Source: a virus (lineage: Duplodnaviria; Heunggongvirae; Uroviricota; Caudoviricetes). From it: DNA of 47,382 nt. The notes beneath the pieces are model-generated. The model had not been told where the DNA came from, searched no databases, and saw only the letters and a list, made by a program, of their open reading frames with translations. The stretch's first letter is position 1. Each line of letters opens with the position of its first letter. Positions 1 through 11,089 of the stretch are shown here, piece by piece. The stretch lies in IMG/VR virus record IMGVR_UViG_2684623189_000004; one strand, given 5' to 3'. The position numbers and the translations under genes are program-made.

Positions 1-171
1 TCAATAAATCCCATCATTGCGATCAACCTCATCCTTAACCATTGATGCGAGCAGTTCTTCCAGTTTCTGCGCTGATAGCTTTACCTGGTGATCTTCAGCA
101 TCTTCCCGGGCTATTGTGGTTCGCGCAGTGGCTGATTTTGCTGACATCACCACAGGGGGCAGACGGACCAT
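1..171 (-). CDS. hypothetical small protein (56 aa from internal Met with GGAGG RBS; longer ORF runs to 282)
   Basis: ORF ending at window position 1-3; GGAGG about 10 nt upstream of internal ATG; Lys/Glu-rich; no family recognised. Confidence 0.2.
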   Translation of the reverse strand: MVRLPPVVMSAKSATARTTIAREDAEDHQVKLSAQKLEELLASMVKDEVDRNDGIY

Positions 172-235
172 TGAACCATGGCCTCCGGAACAAATAAGGG
201 CAAAAATAACAACCACTATCGAAAGCTCACAAACT

Positions 236-485
236 AACCGCAGCACGTTCCTGCATACGACGTGTCTGCGGCATAATCCCAATGATTACTCCCTGACAGG
301 ATTTGCAGGCCACTCAATATCAGGTGCAGTTGATGTATCAACACGATTCAACAATACCCGATATTTATTCCATGCCTCCAGCAACGATCTTTCTTCCTCC
401 GTTGCGATTTCCAGATCTACAGCATCCTGCAGTGGCGCAATATACTCACTGAATTCCTGGATGTAGAACTGTGTGGTGACGGTCT
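236..485. repeat. direct repeat copy 1 of tfa 3' end and downstream hairpin (pairs with 1286..1535)
   Basis: about 250 bp roughly 90% identical to 1286..1535, including hairpin CCGCAGCACG...CGTGCTGCGG-like element. Confidence 0.7.
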
Positions 486-555
486 TCCAGCCATTCGGCT
501 CCTGCTGTATCGAAGCATACCAGGCTATTTCAATATCGCTATGCTGCGGCAGCAT
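286..555 (-). pseudogene. tfa: tail fiber assembly protein C-terminal remnant
   Basis: 89-aa ORF nearly identical to the C-terminal half of the full Tfa at 1335..1919; lacks the N-terminal half. Confidence 0.6.
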
Positions 556-611
556 TTAACCCCTTGTAATTCATCGCCATAATTGATTTAATTCACAAAT
601 AAAACTATAAC

Positions 612-1280
612 ATGGTGAAATCAATGAAAAAAAACACAGATGATGGGGCTAAAATTTACACACCACTTACCCTAAAGCTTTATGACTGGTGGGTTTTGGG
701 AGTATCAAATCGGCTTGCATGGGGATGTCCTACAAAGGAACACCTTCTTCCACACTTTCTGGAACATGTAGGTAACAACCATCTGGATATTGGTGTTGGA
801 ACTGGGTTTTACCTTACTCACGTACCTGAGAGTAGTCTGATATCTTTAATGGATTTGAACGAAGCTAGCCTGAACGCGGCATCTACAAGGGCTGGGGAAT
901 CAAAAATTAAACATAAAATTAGCCATGATGTTTTTGAACCTTATCCCGCGGCGTTACATGGTCAATTTGATTCCATTTCCATGTTTTACCTTCTTCACTG
1001 CCTGCCTGGAAATATATCTACAAAAAGCTGTGTAATACGCAATGCGGCGCAGGCCTTAACTGACGATGGAACTCTATACGGAGCCACAATTCTTGGCGAT
1101 GGAGTTGTGCACAATAGCTTCGGTCAAAAACTGATGCGCATTTACAATCAGAAAGGCATCTTTTCAAACACAAAAGATTCCGAAGAAGGCTTAACACATA
1201 TACTCTCAGAGCATTTCGAGAATGTTAAAACCAAGGTTCAAGGTACTGTAGTAATGTTTTCCGCTTCAGGGAAAAAATAG
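612..1280 (+). CDS. class I SAM-dependent methyltransferase-like protein (moron between tfa duplicates)
   Basis: 222 aa; Rossmann motif-I-like LDIGVGTGFY; opposite strand to phage late genes; lower GC; flanked by direct repeats. Confidence 0.55.
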   Translation: MVKSMKKNTDDGAKIYTPLTLKLYDWWVLGVSNRLAWGCPTKEHLLPHFLEHVGNNHLDIGVGTGFYLTHVPESSLISLMDLNEASLNAASTRAGESKIKHKISHDVFEPYPAALHGQFDSISMFYLLHCLPGNISTKSCVIRNAAQALTDDGTLYGATILGDGVVHNSFGQKLMRIYNQKGIFSNTKDSEEGLTHILSEHFENVKTKVQGTVVMFSASGKK

Positions 1281-1285
1281 CATCC

Positions 1286-1535
1286 AACCGCAGCACGTTC
1301 TTGCTTAAGACGTGCTGCGGCATAATCCCAATGATTACTCCCTGACAGGGTTCGTAGGCCACTCAATATCAGGTGCAGTTGATGTATCAACACGGTTCAG
1401 CAACACCCGATACTTTTTCCAGGCTTCCAGCAATGAGGTTTCTTCCTCCGTTGCAATTTCCAGATCTGCAGCATCCTGAAGCGGCGCAATATGCTCACTG
1501 GCTACCTGCATCAGGTTGTTTTTTGTTTCTTCCGC
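1286..1535. repeat. direct repeat copy 2 (3' end of intact tfa plus downstream hairpin)
   Basis: matches 236..485; perfect 10-bp stem CCGCAGCACG/CGTGCTGCGG at about 1287..1319. Confidence 0.7.
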
Positions 1536-1919
1536 CTCCCGGATCCGGAACATTTTTTCTGCTTCCGTATCCTTCACCCAGGCTGTGCCGTTCCACTTCT
1601 GAAACTCCCCTTCCGGCGATAACCAGGTAACATTTTCCGGTAACGGACCGAGTTCAGAAATAAATAACTCGTCCCCTGACGCTACGTCATAAACCGTTTT
1701 ACCCCGATGGTCTTCAACGAGATGCCACGATGCCTCATCACTGTTGAAAACAGCCACAAAGCCAGCAGGAATATCTGGTGGTGCAATATCGGTACTGTTT
1801 GCTGGCAGACCTGTATGAGGCGGAATATATGCGTCACCTTCACCAATAAATTCATTAGTTCCGGCCAGCAGATTATAAATTTTTATGGTCCGTGCTTGTT
1901 CACTCATTCTGAATGCCAT
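1335..1919 (-). CDS. tfa: tail fiber assembly protein Tfa
   Basis: 194 aa; immediately downstream of stf; resembles lambda Tfa as recalled. Confidence 0.85.
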   Translation of the reverse strand: MAFRMSEQARTIKIYNLLAGTNEFIGEGDAYIPPHTGLPANSTDIAPPDIPAGFVAVFNSDEASWHLVEDHRGKTVYDVASGDELFISELGPLPENVTWLSPEGEFQKWNGTAWVKDTEAEKMFRIREAEETKNNLMQVASEHIAPLQDAADLEIATEEETSLLEAWKKYRVLLNRVDTSTAPDIEWPTNPVRE

Positions 1920-4900
1920 TATGCAAGCCTCACAATATAGTTAAATGCGATGTTTTTGACGGTGTTTTCCGCGTTACCAGCAGCGTTAACGGTGATGGTG
2001 TGTCCATGTGAACCAATCGCAACGGAGTGCGTATGCGCACCAATACCTACAGTATGTGCATGTGCGCCAGAACTTGCTGCAGTACCAGACAGCGAGTGGG
2101 TATGAGCACCTGCTGACTGTGTCTGAATACGTTGATAATACGATCTACGGGAAGAAGTCCCCGGGCTTACTTGATACTGTGAATCCTGGACATAAGTGAA
2201 CCCACCGCCATCATAAAATGCTAACGCAGAACCGCCGCCTCCTGGCCAACGAATACCATTACCATGAGTATGATCACCGGCAGACCCCGTAGAGCCACTC
2301 AGACTGTGCGTATGCGCCCCGGTGTTATTCGTGGATTTGGTTCCGTAATCAAACGACGATGTGTTTTTCGTCCCCAAATCCGTACTGGATGCGCTGGCGC
2401 TGTGGGTGTGCGATTTAATGCCGTCCTGTTCCTGAGACAATACGGCACGACCACTGGCGGGTTTGCCCTTAATCGTCCAGCCACGCATATCAGGGATCAC
2501 GCCTGACGGATAAGCGGCTGCAAGTTTCGGGTATGCAGATTTGTCAAAAGTCTGCCCCTGCATCAGGGCATAGCCAGACGGAACGGTATCTGATGGCCAC
2601 GGGATTGGTGCGCCAGGCGGATAAAACTGCTCTGATGGCGTATAGAGTGAATAAACTGTACCGTCCGTTAACCCTTCCGGCTTATTAGCAGAATATGCTG
2701 GTGACGTATGAATCGTCACGCTGGCATTACTGGTATAATCCCATTGAATATTTACACCAGTCGCATAATTTCCGATTGCAACGTAAATATCGTAAGTATC
2801 ACCAGATGTATTGACCCAGGCAAAATTTGTAAACCCTGTCGATGTGCGCTGCCATAAAGCACCAGTAATCCCCTTCGGATTACCATTACCTGCACGCAAA
2901 ACAAGTTCAGATATACCTGCCTGTTGAGGTGACCCCACGTTAAATCCCGCACCACCAATCAACGTAATTGAAACAACAGAACTCGCCTGTGGCATGGTTA
3001 CCGTTGCTAATTTGAACCAACCAGCACCACCGCTGAATGACATTGTTGTTGAGTTAAGCGTACCAATATCTTTCGGCGTCAGTGTTATATCCGCTGAAAG
3101 CGCCTTACCATTCACCTTACGGGCAGAAGGTACCCGACCATTCGCATTATTATTAGCTGCTTTCACTGCTTTCGGTGTCGCGGCAAGCGTTTCAGATGCG
3201 CTGTTGGTTGCACTACTGAGCTGGACAATTCCTTTTTGTGCTGTCGTAGCGTCCTGAGCAGTATATTTCCCGTTAGCAAGGTCATAGGCTGCCTTTACCG
3301 ACTTTGGCGTTGCCGCCAGCATTTCAGATGTGCTGTTGGTTGCACTACTGAGCTGGACAATTCCTTTTTGTGCTGTCGTAGCGTCCTGAGCAGTATATTT
3401 CCCGTTAGCAAGGTCATAGGCTGCCTTTACCGACTTTGGCGTTGCCGCCAGCATTTCAGATGTGCTGTTGGTCGCGTTGCTAAGCTGAACTATCCCTTTC
3501 TGTGCTGTCGTTGCATCCTGTGCGGTGTATTTCCCGTTAGCCAGCTCATACGCGGCCTTAACGGCTTTTGGCGTTGCCGCCAGTGACTCGGAAGTGCTGT
3601 TAGTCGCACTGCTGAGCTGTACTATCCCCTTTTTCGTCGTGCTCGCATCCTCAAGCGCCACGGCGGATGCAATATCCTCTGCCCGTTTTGCCGCTGTCTC
3701 AGCGCGCGTTGCCGCGGATTCCGCCGTACTTTTGCTCTGAGCTGCCGCCGTCGCACTGCCAGCTGCCTCTGTCGCCTTCGTGGATGCCGTCGTGGCGCTG
3801 CCCTTTGCTGCTGACGCCTGTCTGGTCGCCTCATCTTTTGAAGCAGACGCAGATGATGCCGATGACGCCGCCGAACTGGCGGACGATGCGGCAGCCGTTT
3901 TTGAGGATTCTGCGCTGGTTTCCGACGCTTTCGCGTTCGTCTTGGATGTCTTCGCTGCGGAAGCAGACCTCGCTGCTGCGCTGGCCTGTACAGCGGCTTC
4001 GCCAGCCTTCGTTGTGGCTGTTGAAGCAGACGATGCAGCACTTTCTGCCGATTTTCCGGCGGCGGTGGCACTGGCTGAGGCCTGCCCGGCACTTGTTGAC
4101 GCGGCACTGGCAGATAATGCAGCCGCTGTTTTTGAGTCTGCCGCAGCTGAGGCGCTCTGTCCCGCTGCCGTTTCAGAAGACCTGGCGTTCGTCTCGGACG
4201 TTTTTGCCGCCTTCGCAGAATTTGCTGCCGCCGTTGCCGAGGAAGCTGCGCTGCTGGCGCTCGAGGCTGCGTTCGTTTCTGATGATTTTGCCGCCTCTTT
4301 TGAAGCCGACGCATCCCGTGCTGAAGTGGCTGCTTCTGACGCTTTCGTGGTCGCGGTGGATGCAGAAGTGGCTGCTGATTGTTGTGACGCTGCGGCATTC
4401 GTTTCTGACGTTTTCGCGGCACTGGCGCTGGTAGCTGCCGCGCTTTTTGATGACTCTGCAGCAGCAGCACTTTTTGCTGCTTCACGGGCCTTTGTCGATG
4501 CCGTTCCTGCGCTGGAAGACGCTGACTGAGCCGACGACGCGGCCTGTCCGGCTGACGTGCTGGCGGCACGTGCTGAGGCTGCAGCATCGGTTGCATGAGT
4601 TGCCGCCTCGCTGGCTGATGCACTGGCATCGCTGGCTGATTTTTTCGCGGCTGCCGTATTCTGTGCAACCGCGGAGGCGTTACGTGACACCTCTTCCACC
4701 ATCTGCTCAAAGCGGCGCAGTGCCTCCGGTCGGACATCATCCTCCGTCATGGCACCGAGAAAATCATTCAGCGTACCTGGTCTGGAACCTTCATAGACGG
4801 TAATGGTCCCGGCATGTGAAGGCGGAAAACCTTCAACCAGCAGGGTGACGCTGTACTGACCATGCTCAACATCCATGCTGTAACGTCCGGCTTCATCCGG

Positions 4901-5026
4901 ATTTTCAGAGGCCACCGTGTTCACCACCACCGTGCTGCTGGTTCGTCTGGCCTTCAGCACAATGGTGCAGTTCTGTACTGGTTTTCCTGTGCCATCTTTA
5001 AGCACGCCAGAAATTTTTACTGTCAT
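1919..5026 (-). CDS. stf: side tail fiber protein Stf
   Basis: 1035 aa; Ala/Ser-rich shaft, 44-aa tandem repeats, His-rich C-terminal region (GAHTHSLSG motifs); position J-lom-stf-tfa as in lambda. Confidence 0.85.
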   Translation of the reverse strand: MTVKISGVLKDGTGKPVQNCTIVLKARRTSSTVVVNTVASENPDEAGRYSMDVEHGQYSVTLLVEGFPPSHAGTITVYEGSRPGTLNDFLGAMTEDDVRPEALRRFEQMVEEVSRNASAVAQNTAAAKKSASDASASASEAATHATDAAASARAASTSAGQAASSAQSASSSAGTASTKAREAAKSAAAAESSKSAAATSASAAKTSETNAAASQQSAATSASTATTKASEAATSARDASASKEAAKSSETNAASSASSAASSATAAANSAKAAKTSETNARSSETAAGQSASAAADSKTAAALSASAASTSAGQASASATAAGKSAESAASSASTATTKAGEAAVQASAAARSASAAKTSKTNAKASETSAESSKTAAASSASSAASSASSASASKDEATRQASAAKGSATTASTKATEAAGSATAAAQSKSTAESAATRAETAAKRAEDIASAVALEDASTTKKGIVQLSSATNSTSESLAATPKAVKAAYELANGKYTAQDATTAQKGIVQLSNATNSTSEMLAATPKSVKAAYDLANGKYTAQDATTAQKGIVQLSSATNSTSEMLAATPKSVKAAYDLANGKYTAQDATTAQKGIVQLSSATNSASETLAATPKAVKAANNNANGRVPSARKVNGKALSADITLTPKDIGTLNSTTMSFSGGAGWFKLATVTMPQASSVVSITLIGGAGFNVGSPQQAGISELVLRAGNGNPKGITGALWQRTSTGFTNFAWVNTSGDTYDIYVAIGNYATGVNIQWDYTSNASVTIHTSPAYSANKPEGLTDGTVYSLYTPSEQFYPPGAPIPWPSDTVPSGYALMQGQTFDKSAYPKLAAAYPSGVIPDMRGWTIKGKPASGRAVLSQEQDGIKSHTHSASASSTDLGTKNTSSFDYGTKSTNNTGAHTHSLSGSTGSAGDHTHGNGIRWPGGGGSALAFYDGGGFTYVQDSQYQVSPGTSSRRSYYQRIQTQSAGAHTHSLSGTAASSGAHAHTVGIGAHTHSVAIGSHGHTITVNAAGNAENTVKNIAFNYIVRLA
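3090..3620 (-). repeat. about four in-frame tandem 132-bp repeats inside stf
   Basis: DNA period 132 bp (for example 3231 vs 3363) encoding repeated 44-aa unit [44 protein letters not shown]. Confidence 0.7.
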
Positions 5027-5040
5027 ACTTTTCCACCAAT

Positions 5041-5072
5041 AAAAAAAGCCCGCAGCAGTGACGCCACGGGCT
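5041..5072 (-). terminator. rho-independent terminator-like hairpin between lom and stf
   Basis: minus strand: GCCCG stem, 14-nt loop, CGGGC then TTTTTTT. Confidence 0.45.
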
Positions 5073-5177
5073 TCAGGACAGTGTAACTTTACGTTTCCTC
5101 AAACGCAGTTCACCCCATAAAGTGGATGAACCTGCGTATCATAACAATATTTACAGAAGATAAATCGGCGTCTGTTG

Positions 5178-5777
5178 TCAGAAACGGTATCCGATACCAA
5201 CAATAAATGCATCCGTTCGCCAGTCGCCACTACCGGAACCTTCATAAGCAAGGTCAATGGTCACGGATTCGGTCGGGTTAAACTGCACGCCAGCCCCCCA
5301 CGCCAGAGACGTGTTGCTGTGGCGACCGTCATCACTTCCGGTCAGCACATCGTGCGTTTTCCCCTTGTTGTCAGTTACGCGGAGATAATCCCCGGAGAAA
5401 GTCGACACACGGCTGTAAGCCACACCCGCCATCGAATACGCGCTGAACCATTCATTCACGCGTACAGACGGCCCCGCCATCACGCTGAACCAGCGGTTAC
5501 GCACGGAATCTTCATGCCAGCGGGTATCGCTGTAGTGCGTTTTTTGCTCATCCTCAGCATTGGCATAACTGAAGGACGTAATCAGCCCCAGCGCGTCCGT
5601 AAACTCATAACGGTATTTCACGTTAATCCCGTTCAGATTATCGCTGCCGGGAGCGTTCGTACGGGCATGAAGATACCCCGCGCTCAGTGTGGACTGATGT
5701 TCAGACGCCCATGCAGGCGCACCGGATACGGACAGACAGATGGCTGCGGACAAAATGACTGCACAAACTTTACGCAT
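5178..5777 (-). CDS. lom: outer membrane protein Lom (Ail/Lom family)
   Basis: 199 aa with signal peptide and C-terminal aromatic residue; position between J and stf as in lambda. Confidence 0.85.
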   Translation of the reverse strand: MRKVCAVILSAAICLSVSGAPAWASEHQSTLSAGYLHARTNAPGSDNLNGINVKYRYEFTDALGLITSFSYANAEDEQKTHYSDTRWHEDSVRNRWFSVMAGPSVRVNEWFSAYSMAGVAYSRVSTFSGDYLRVTDNKGKTHDVLTGSDDGRHSNTSLAWGAGVQFNPTESVTIDLAYEGSGSGDWRTDAFIVGIGYRF

Positions 5778-5800
5778 AATTACCTCTCGCTTTTCTGCAA

Positions 5801-5826
5801 TAAAAAAGGCGCCATTTCTGGCGCCC
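5801..5826 (-). terminator. rho-independent terminator-like hairpin after J
   Basis: minus strand GGCGCC-6 nt loop-GGCGCC followed by TTTTTTATT. Confidence 0.5.
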
Positions 5827-5844
5827 GTATATGGGTTATAAAAT

Positions 5845-8800
5845 TCAGCTGATACTGATGCCTGCGGTGGCTTTCTTCATCACCACAACCAGCAAATCGC
5901 TGATACTTGCTGTGGGATACCAGTTATTCACCAGCCATGCTGACACCGAAAACTCCAGCGTCATGTGGCCGCGACCAGCTGGCATATCAATAACACCACT
6001 GTAAATCAGCGTATTATCCAGCGCGGTACGGTTATAAATTTCAGCACCGTTTTTCCGTACTATCAGGCGGCATGACGAATAAATATCGTTATTCTCCCGC
6101 TCATGTTTAGCGCCGCTGAATGCCACCGCCGGAATAACAATCTGCCGGTCAAACGGCTGATCGTCATAAACCCTGACGGTGATGGTCCCTGATGGCCACC
6201 GTTCCGGTGCACGGGAGTCCCGGGGGAAAGCTTTGCCCACTGTTTTAACGAGATCGCCTTCAATCTGGTTGGCGGACAATTTTCCCAGAACCCGACAGTT
6301 CTCGTTAATCGTGACGTTGTTGAGCGTCCCGGAGTTCGCATTCACGTTACCGCTGATATCGGCATTTTTCGCCGTCAGCCGCCCGTCCGGTGTCAGGGAA
6401 AATGCCGGAGGATTACCGCCGCTGGTAATGGTCGGAGCCGTCAGGCGTTTCAGGAACACGTCGTTCATGAATATCTGATCGCCCTGACCAACAAACATCG
6501 GCTTTGTGTTGCCATTCGCAGGATTAATCATCGCAATCCGGTCAGCAGCCAGAAGCACCTGACTCTGCATACCTGCTGGCGTATTCTCAATACCGGCTCC
6601 GATACCCGCAATATAAAGGCGTCCGTCCTTCATCTGCTGCAGTTTCACGGCCCACATGCTGTTCAGGTTATTATTTGTATCAACCTGAACTTTCTGTATC
6701 TGCTGGATTGCCGCACTCTGGTCTTCCAGTTTTTTATTGACGGTCTGCGTGATTTCATTGCTGACATTCGTAATGGACGTCCTGATTTCAGCCAGGTCCG
6801 GCGCAAGCTGACCGTTATCAATCTGCGTCCACAACTCCTGGGCCAGATGTGTTTTCCCGATTTCTCCTTTGAAAAAATCCAGGTAACCTTCCGCATCATC
6901 GCTCGCCCGACCGACAGCCTCCACGAATGCCGATTTGCCAACGGTGTTCACACTGCGAACGTAAAAATAATAATCATGGCCCGGTTTGATATTGATACTG
7001 GCGGCTATCCAGTACAGCGCCGTACCAAGATAGCGGGCTGTGGTTTCAACCTGCCTGATATCGGTAATCCGCTTTTCCGAGAACCAGAACTCAAACTGTA
7101 CCGTCGGGTCATAAACAGCAAGATGCGGCGTGGCGGTTATCTGAAAATAGCCCGGCGTCAGCTCAATCCTCGACGGTGCTGCCGGTGCGGCAATCCGGAA
7201 CGATACCGACGCCGGATCGCCCTGCTGCCCCCGGGCATTTACCGCCCGGACTGTCAGCCTGTAGTTCCCCAGCGCCAGTTGCGTGAAGCGGTATGTGGTT
7301 TCCGTCGTCCGGGCCGTGCTGACCAGTCGCTCACTGCCGTCGTCCGCTGTTACGGTCAGACGGAGCAGGAAGCTCACGCCCTTCACCACCTTCGGTGTGT
7401 CCCATCGCGCCAGCACCTGATATTCCCCGCTGTCTGCAGTGACTTCGGCGGTCAGGTGCTGCACTGCTGGCGGCGTGACACCATTCACCGTGCCGCTCTG
7501 GTCACCGTCAAAGTGCGCCCCGTTATCCACGATGGCTTCTTTCTCCGGTACATGCTGCACGGCGGTGATGGCATACGTGCCGTCATCGTTCTCACGGATA
7601 CTCACGCAGCGGAACAGGCGCTGGCGCAGCGTCGGCAGCTTCAGCCCCCACACGCTGTATTCTGCAACGCCGTCAGGAACACGGCTCACTTTCACCTTCA
7701 CGCCGTCGGTGACGGACTGGACCTCCACGCTGACCGGATTACCCTGACCGTCAACCAGGCTTATCAGCGTGGTACCGGAGGATGGCAGCGTGATTTCACG
7801 GTCGAGCGTCAGCGTCCGGGTCTGGCTGTTCACCGCCAGCACGCGACCACCGGTGCTGATACCGGCATAGTCATCATCGCAGATTTCAATGACATCGCCC
7901 GGTACATGGCGAAGCCCTTCAGCACCCACGCTGAAATCCACGGTCTGCGTCTCCAGCAGTTCCGTTTTAATCAGCCACAGCCCGGCGCGGTGTGCCTGCC
8001 CCCGGCTGGTACAGCCAAAGGCATCCATCTTCGTGACGTTACGACCGTAACGGGCAATGGCCTGCGTGTCCTCCACAAGCTCTGTCGCCGTCTCCCAGCC
8101 GTTATCCGGGTCAATCCAGTTCACCTCAACAGCATTATGGCGGTCTTTCAGGGCGCTGAAGCTGTAGCGGAACGGCGCACCATCATCCGGCATCACCACA
8201 TTACTGCGGTTATAGGTCCACACCTTATCCGACGGTCGGTCCTGCACGAACGTCAGCGTCTGCCCGTTCCATACCGGCATACAGCGCATCGCCGAGCAGA
8301 AATCACTGAGAACATCCCACGCCTTGCGCTGTGTGGTCAGGTAGGCATTACAGGTGATGCGCGGCTCCGTGCCACCAAAGCCATCCGGCACCGACTGGTC
8401 GCAATTCTGGCCGATGACATACAGCGCCCATTTGTCCACATCCGCCGCACCGAGACGCTTCCCCATGCCGTAGCGCGGATGGGTCAGCATATCCCACAGA
8501 CACCAGGCCATGTTGTTGCTGTATGCTGGCTTAAACGTTCCGTCCCAGATACCGCTGTATTGCCGCGTCTGCGGGTTATAGTTCGACGGCACCTGCAGAA
8601 TGCGCCCGCGAAGATGATAATTACGGCTCACCTGCTGGCTGCCGAACTGTTCCGAGTCCACCTGCACGCCGACCAGTGCCGTGTTCGGGTAGCACTGTTT
8701 CACATCGATGATTTCGGTGTATGACGACCAGAGCGTTTTGTTCTGCAGCTGGTCTGTGGTGCTGTCCGGCGTCATTCTGCGCATCCGGATATTAAACGGG

Positions 8801-9324
8801 CGCGGCGGCAGGTTATCCACCACCACCGAGGCCAGATACTGCGAGGTGGTTTTGCCCTTAATGGTGATGTCTTTTTCCGTCACCCAGCCACCGTTACGCT
8901 GGATCTGAACCAGCAGGCGGACTTCCGACGGATTCCTGTCCCCCTTTGAGGTGGTTTCCACCAGTGCCTGCACACCGAAGGTAAAGCGCAGACGGTCGAT
9001 GTTTGCCGACGTGATGGTCCGGGTGATCGGCGTGTCATATTTCACTTCCGTACCCAGCACCGTCTCGGAGCCGGAGGATTCAAATCCCTCCGGCGGTGTC
9101 TGCTCCTGCTCACCTGCCCGGAACACCACCGTGACACCGGATATATTGGTATTCCCCTCACTGTCCAGCACCGGCGTACTGTTCAGCAGCACGCTTTTTA
9201 ATCCGTCCACCGGACCTTCAACCGGCCCTTCGCTGATGGCATCGATCACACTCAGCAGCTGCGTGGACTTCAGGTTGTCCCTCGCTTCGCGCGGGGTATG
9301 CCCCTTACTGCTTCCTTTACCCAT
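5845..9324 (-). CDS. J: tail tip host specificity protein J
   Basis: 1159 aa; follows I; size and position as lambda J. Confidence 0.9.
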   Translation of the reverse strand: MGKGSSKGHTPREARDNLKSTQLLSVIDAISEGPVEGPVDGLKSVLLNSTPVLDSEGNTNISGVTVVFRAGEQEQTPPEGFESSGSETVLGTEVKYDTPITRTITSANIDRLRFTFGVQALVETTSKGDRNPSEVRLLVQIQRNGGWVTEKDITIKGKTTSQYLASVVVDNLPPRPFNIRMRRMTPDSTTDQLQNKTLWSSYTEIIDVKQCYPNTALVGVQVDSEQFGSQQVSRNYHLRGRILQVPSNYNPQTRQYSGIWDGTFKPAYSNNMAWCLWDMLTHPRYGMGKRLGAADVDKWALYVIGQNCDQSVPDGFGGTEPRITCNAYLTTQRKAWDVLSDFCSAMRCMPVWNGQTLTFVQDRPSDKVWTYNRSNVVMPDDGAPFRYSFSALKDRHNAVEVNWIDPDNGWETATELVEDTQAIARYGRNVTKMDAFGCTSRGQAHRAGLWLIKTELLETQTVDFSVGAEGLRHVPGDVIEICDDDYAGISTGGRVLAVNSQTRTLTLDREITLPSSGTTLISLVDGQGNPVSVEVQSVTDGVKVKVSRVPDGVAEYSVWGLKLPTLRQRLFRCVSIRENDDGTYAITAVQHVPEKEAIVDNGAHFDGDQSGTVNGVTPPAVQHLTAEVTADSGEYQVLARWDTPKVVKGVSFLLRLTVTADDGSERLVSTARTTETTYRFTQLALGNYRLTVRAVNARGQQGDPASVSFRIAAPAAPSRIELTPGYFQITATPHLAVYDPTVQFEFWFSEKRITDIRQVETTARYLGTALYWIAASINIKPGHDYYFYVRSVNTVGKSAFVEAVGRASDDAEGYLDFFKGEIGKTHLAQELWTQIDNGQLAPDLAEIRTSITNVSNEITQTVNKKLEDQSAAIQQIQKVQVDTNNNLNSMWAVKLQQMKDGRLYIAGIGAGIENTPAGMQSQVLLAADRIAMINPANGNTKPMFVGQGDQIFMNDVFLKRLTAPTITSGGNPPAFSLTPDGRLTAKNADISGNVNANSGTLNNVTINENCRVLGKLSANQIEGDLVKTVGKAFPRDSRAPERWPSGTITVRVYDDQPFDRQIVIPAVAFSGAKHERENNDIYSSCRLIVRKNGAEIYNRTALDNTLIYSGVIDMPAGRGHMTLEFSVSAWLVNNWYPTASISDLLVVVMKKATAGISIS

Positions 9325-9337
9325 TCCTCACACTCCA

Positions 9338-9366
9338 TAAACAACAAAGCCGCCCAAAAGGCGGCT
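9338..9366 (-). terminator. terminator-like hairpin after lipoprotein moron, just upstream of J
   Basis: minus strand AGCCGCC-TTTTG-GGCGGCT followed by TTGTTGTTTAT. Confidence 0.4.
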
Positions 9367-9390
9367 CATGAGTTACGACAGGATTAACTA

Positions 9391-9729
9391 TTATTTACAT
9401 GCATTAACACTATCAGCAAAAATTTTTGGCGTTAATGCTGGTACACGTTCATAAAGAGTAAAACTACTGCCATTTCCTGCTTTTTTGATATCAAGCACAA
9501 CATCATATCCCCCCATAGCCTGTGGAACTAAAAGGCTTACCCCATTCTCAATAGGAAGGGATGTTATAGGTGTTCCATTACCAGCCCATTGTCTGGATAT
9601 GCAGCCTGACAATTCATCAATATTTTTTAATGAATTACCTTCCATTACAGGTTTTCCGGATTTTACGTAATCCAAAGATTTACATCCTGTTAAGGCAATA
9701 ATCGTGCAGAATAAAATCGTTTTGTTCAT
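9391..9729 (-). CDS. lipoprotein (moron inserted between tail genes I and J)
   Basis: 112 aa from ATG; signal peptide with lipobox LTGC; region about 38% GC, much lower than flanking tail genes; lambda has I and J adjacent. Confidence 0.55.
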   Translation of the reverse strand: MNKTILFCTIIALTGCKSLDYVKSGKPVMEGNSLKNIDELSGCISRQWAGNGTPITSLPIENGVSLLVPQAMGGYDVVLDIKKAGNGSSFTLYERVPALTPKIFADSVNACK

Positions 9730-9802
9730 ATAGCTAACCAATAGAATAATTATCAGTGTTCGATATAAATATTAAATTAGTTAGAACATGAGTAAAATAA
9801 TA

Positions 9803-10444
9803 TTACCGCCCAATTACCACAACCTGACCACCATCCCCTTCATCTGCCGTGCTGATCTCCTGAGATGCCACACGTGACCCCACGCGCATTTCACCGTACA
9901 GAACAGGCAGGACATTGCCCTGGGCAACCATGTTATCCAGTGAGGAGAAATAGGTGTTCTGTTTGCCGTTATCCGTTGTCTGTGTACGGGGAGTTCTGGC
10001 TTTCGGTGCCAGCATCTGCGCCACACCACCAAGCGTCATCGCCGCACCCATTGAAAAGAGAATGTCACTGAAAGCGATACTGATCCCCGGCATCCAGATT
10101 GCCGTAGCAATCAACGCCGCACCCAGCACCGCCTGAAACACACCGCCACTTTTTGCTCCCGCAAGACGCGGCACGATGTGGATCACGGCACCATTTGCCA
10201 GCGGCTCATTAAGACGGGATGATAATTCGGTTTCTCCTGCATCCCGCCCGGCAATCCGTACCTGATACCAGCCATCGCTCAGTTTCTGACGAAACGCCGG
10301 GAGCTGTGTGGCCAGTGCCCGGATGGCTTCAGCCCCCGTTTTCACACGAAGGTCGATGCGGCGGCCAAATCGTTGCAAATCCCCGTAAAGGCAGATGCGT
10401 GCCATTCCCGGTGACGCCAGAGGGAGTGTGTGCGTCGCTGCCAT
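9803..10444 (-). CDS. I: tail assembly protein I
   Basis: 213 aa; overlaps K 3' end; position K-I-J. Confidence 0.8.
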   Translation of the reverse strand: MAATHTLPLASPGMARICLYGDLQRFGRRIDLRVKTGAEAIRALATQLPAFRQKLSDGWYQVRIAGRDAGETELSSRLNEPLANGAVIHIVPRLAGAKSGGVFQAVLGAALIATAIWMPGISIAFSDILFSMGAAMTLGGVAQMLAPKARTPRTQTTDNGKQNTYFSSLDNMVAQGNVLPVLYGEMRVGSRVASQEISTADEGDGGQVVVIGR

Positions 10445-11085
10445 TTGTCGGTATACCTCTCTCGTTTACTCAGTTGTTCAGGAATATGGTGCAGCAGCTC
10501 ACCGTCGCCGCAGTAAATGGCGGCGTGATTCGGCACCGATGAACCAAAACAGCACAGCAGCACATCGCCCGGCTGCGCCTCTGTCAGTGCGACACGGTAA
10601 AAACCAGTAGCCTCCATATTGTCAAGATAGAGATTCTGACCGTGACGCCACCAGTCATCCCCGCGATGAAAATCCGGCATCTCAATCCCCGCCAGATGGT
10701 AAGCATCCCGGAACAGTGTGTAACAGTCTGTCACCCCGTACTCAAAGCGCCGCCCGGTGAGATGCGGCACACAGCGGAACTTGTGAATCGCCCCCCGGCA
10801 GACCAGCCACCACGGCAAATCGCTCTGCACCTGCAGCCGCCGGTCAGCCTCACTCAGCCAGGGCAGACCACCGGGGTGGCTGTGGACCAGCGCCACAATC
10901 TCACCCTGCATCTCTGCCTGCAGCCAGTCCTCCGGAGCCATCCGGAAATACGCCTCCGGCTCACCGGAGATATTCACGCAGGGGAAATATCTTTCCCCCT
11001 CCGGCGTGCTTACCACGAAGCCGCACGACTCCGCTGGCGCACATCGCCGGGCGTGCGCCAGAATCGCTGATTCTGTCTCTGTCAT
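10342..11085 (-). CDS. K: tail assembly protein K (NlpC/P60-like)
   Basis: likely start MTETESAILAHARRCAPAESCGF as in lambda K (ORF track begins 14 codons upstream at 11127). Confidence 0.8.
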   Translation of the reverse strand: MTETESAILAHARRCAPAESCGFVVSTPEGERYFPCVNISGEPEAYFRMAPEDWLQAEMQGEIVALVHSHPGGLPWLSEADRRLQVQSDLPWWLVCRGAIHKFRCVPHLTGRRFEYGVTDCYTLFRDAYHLAGIEMPDFHRGDDWWRHGQNLYLDNMEATGFYRVALTEAQPGDVLLCCFGSSVPNHAAIYCGDGELLHHIPEQLSKRERYTDKWQRRTHSLWRHREWHASAFTGICNDLAAASTFV

Positions 11086-11089
11086 GGGA

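Noticed and set aside
116-466. 116-aa plus-strand ORF overlapping the tfa remnant
   Set aside because: Overlaps the tfa-derived repeat on the opposite strand; no RBS; likely spurious.
3090-3620. CRISPR array
   Set aside because: The tandem repeats are 132 bp, in frame within stf, and have no spacer-repeat architecture.
3622-4740. 372-aa Arg/Pro/Gln-rich ORF and two long plus-strand ORFs (3667..4434, 3780..4529) inside stf
   Set aside because: Alternative-frame translations of the Ala/Ser-rich repetitive stf coding sequence; low-complexity artefacts with no start signals.
6847-8724. 625-aa plus-strand ORF antisense to J
   Set aside because: Lies entirely within the J coding region on the opposite strand; Arg-rich composition typical of antisense frames in GC-rich genes.
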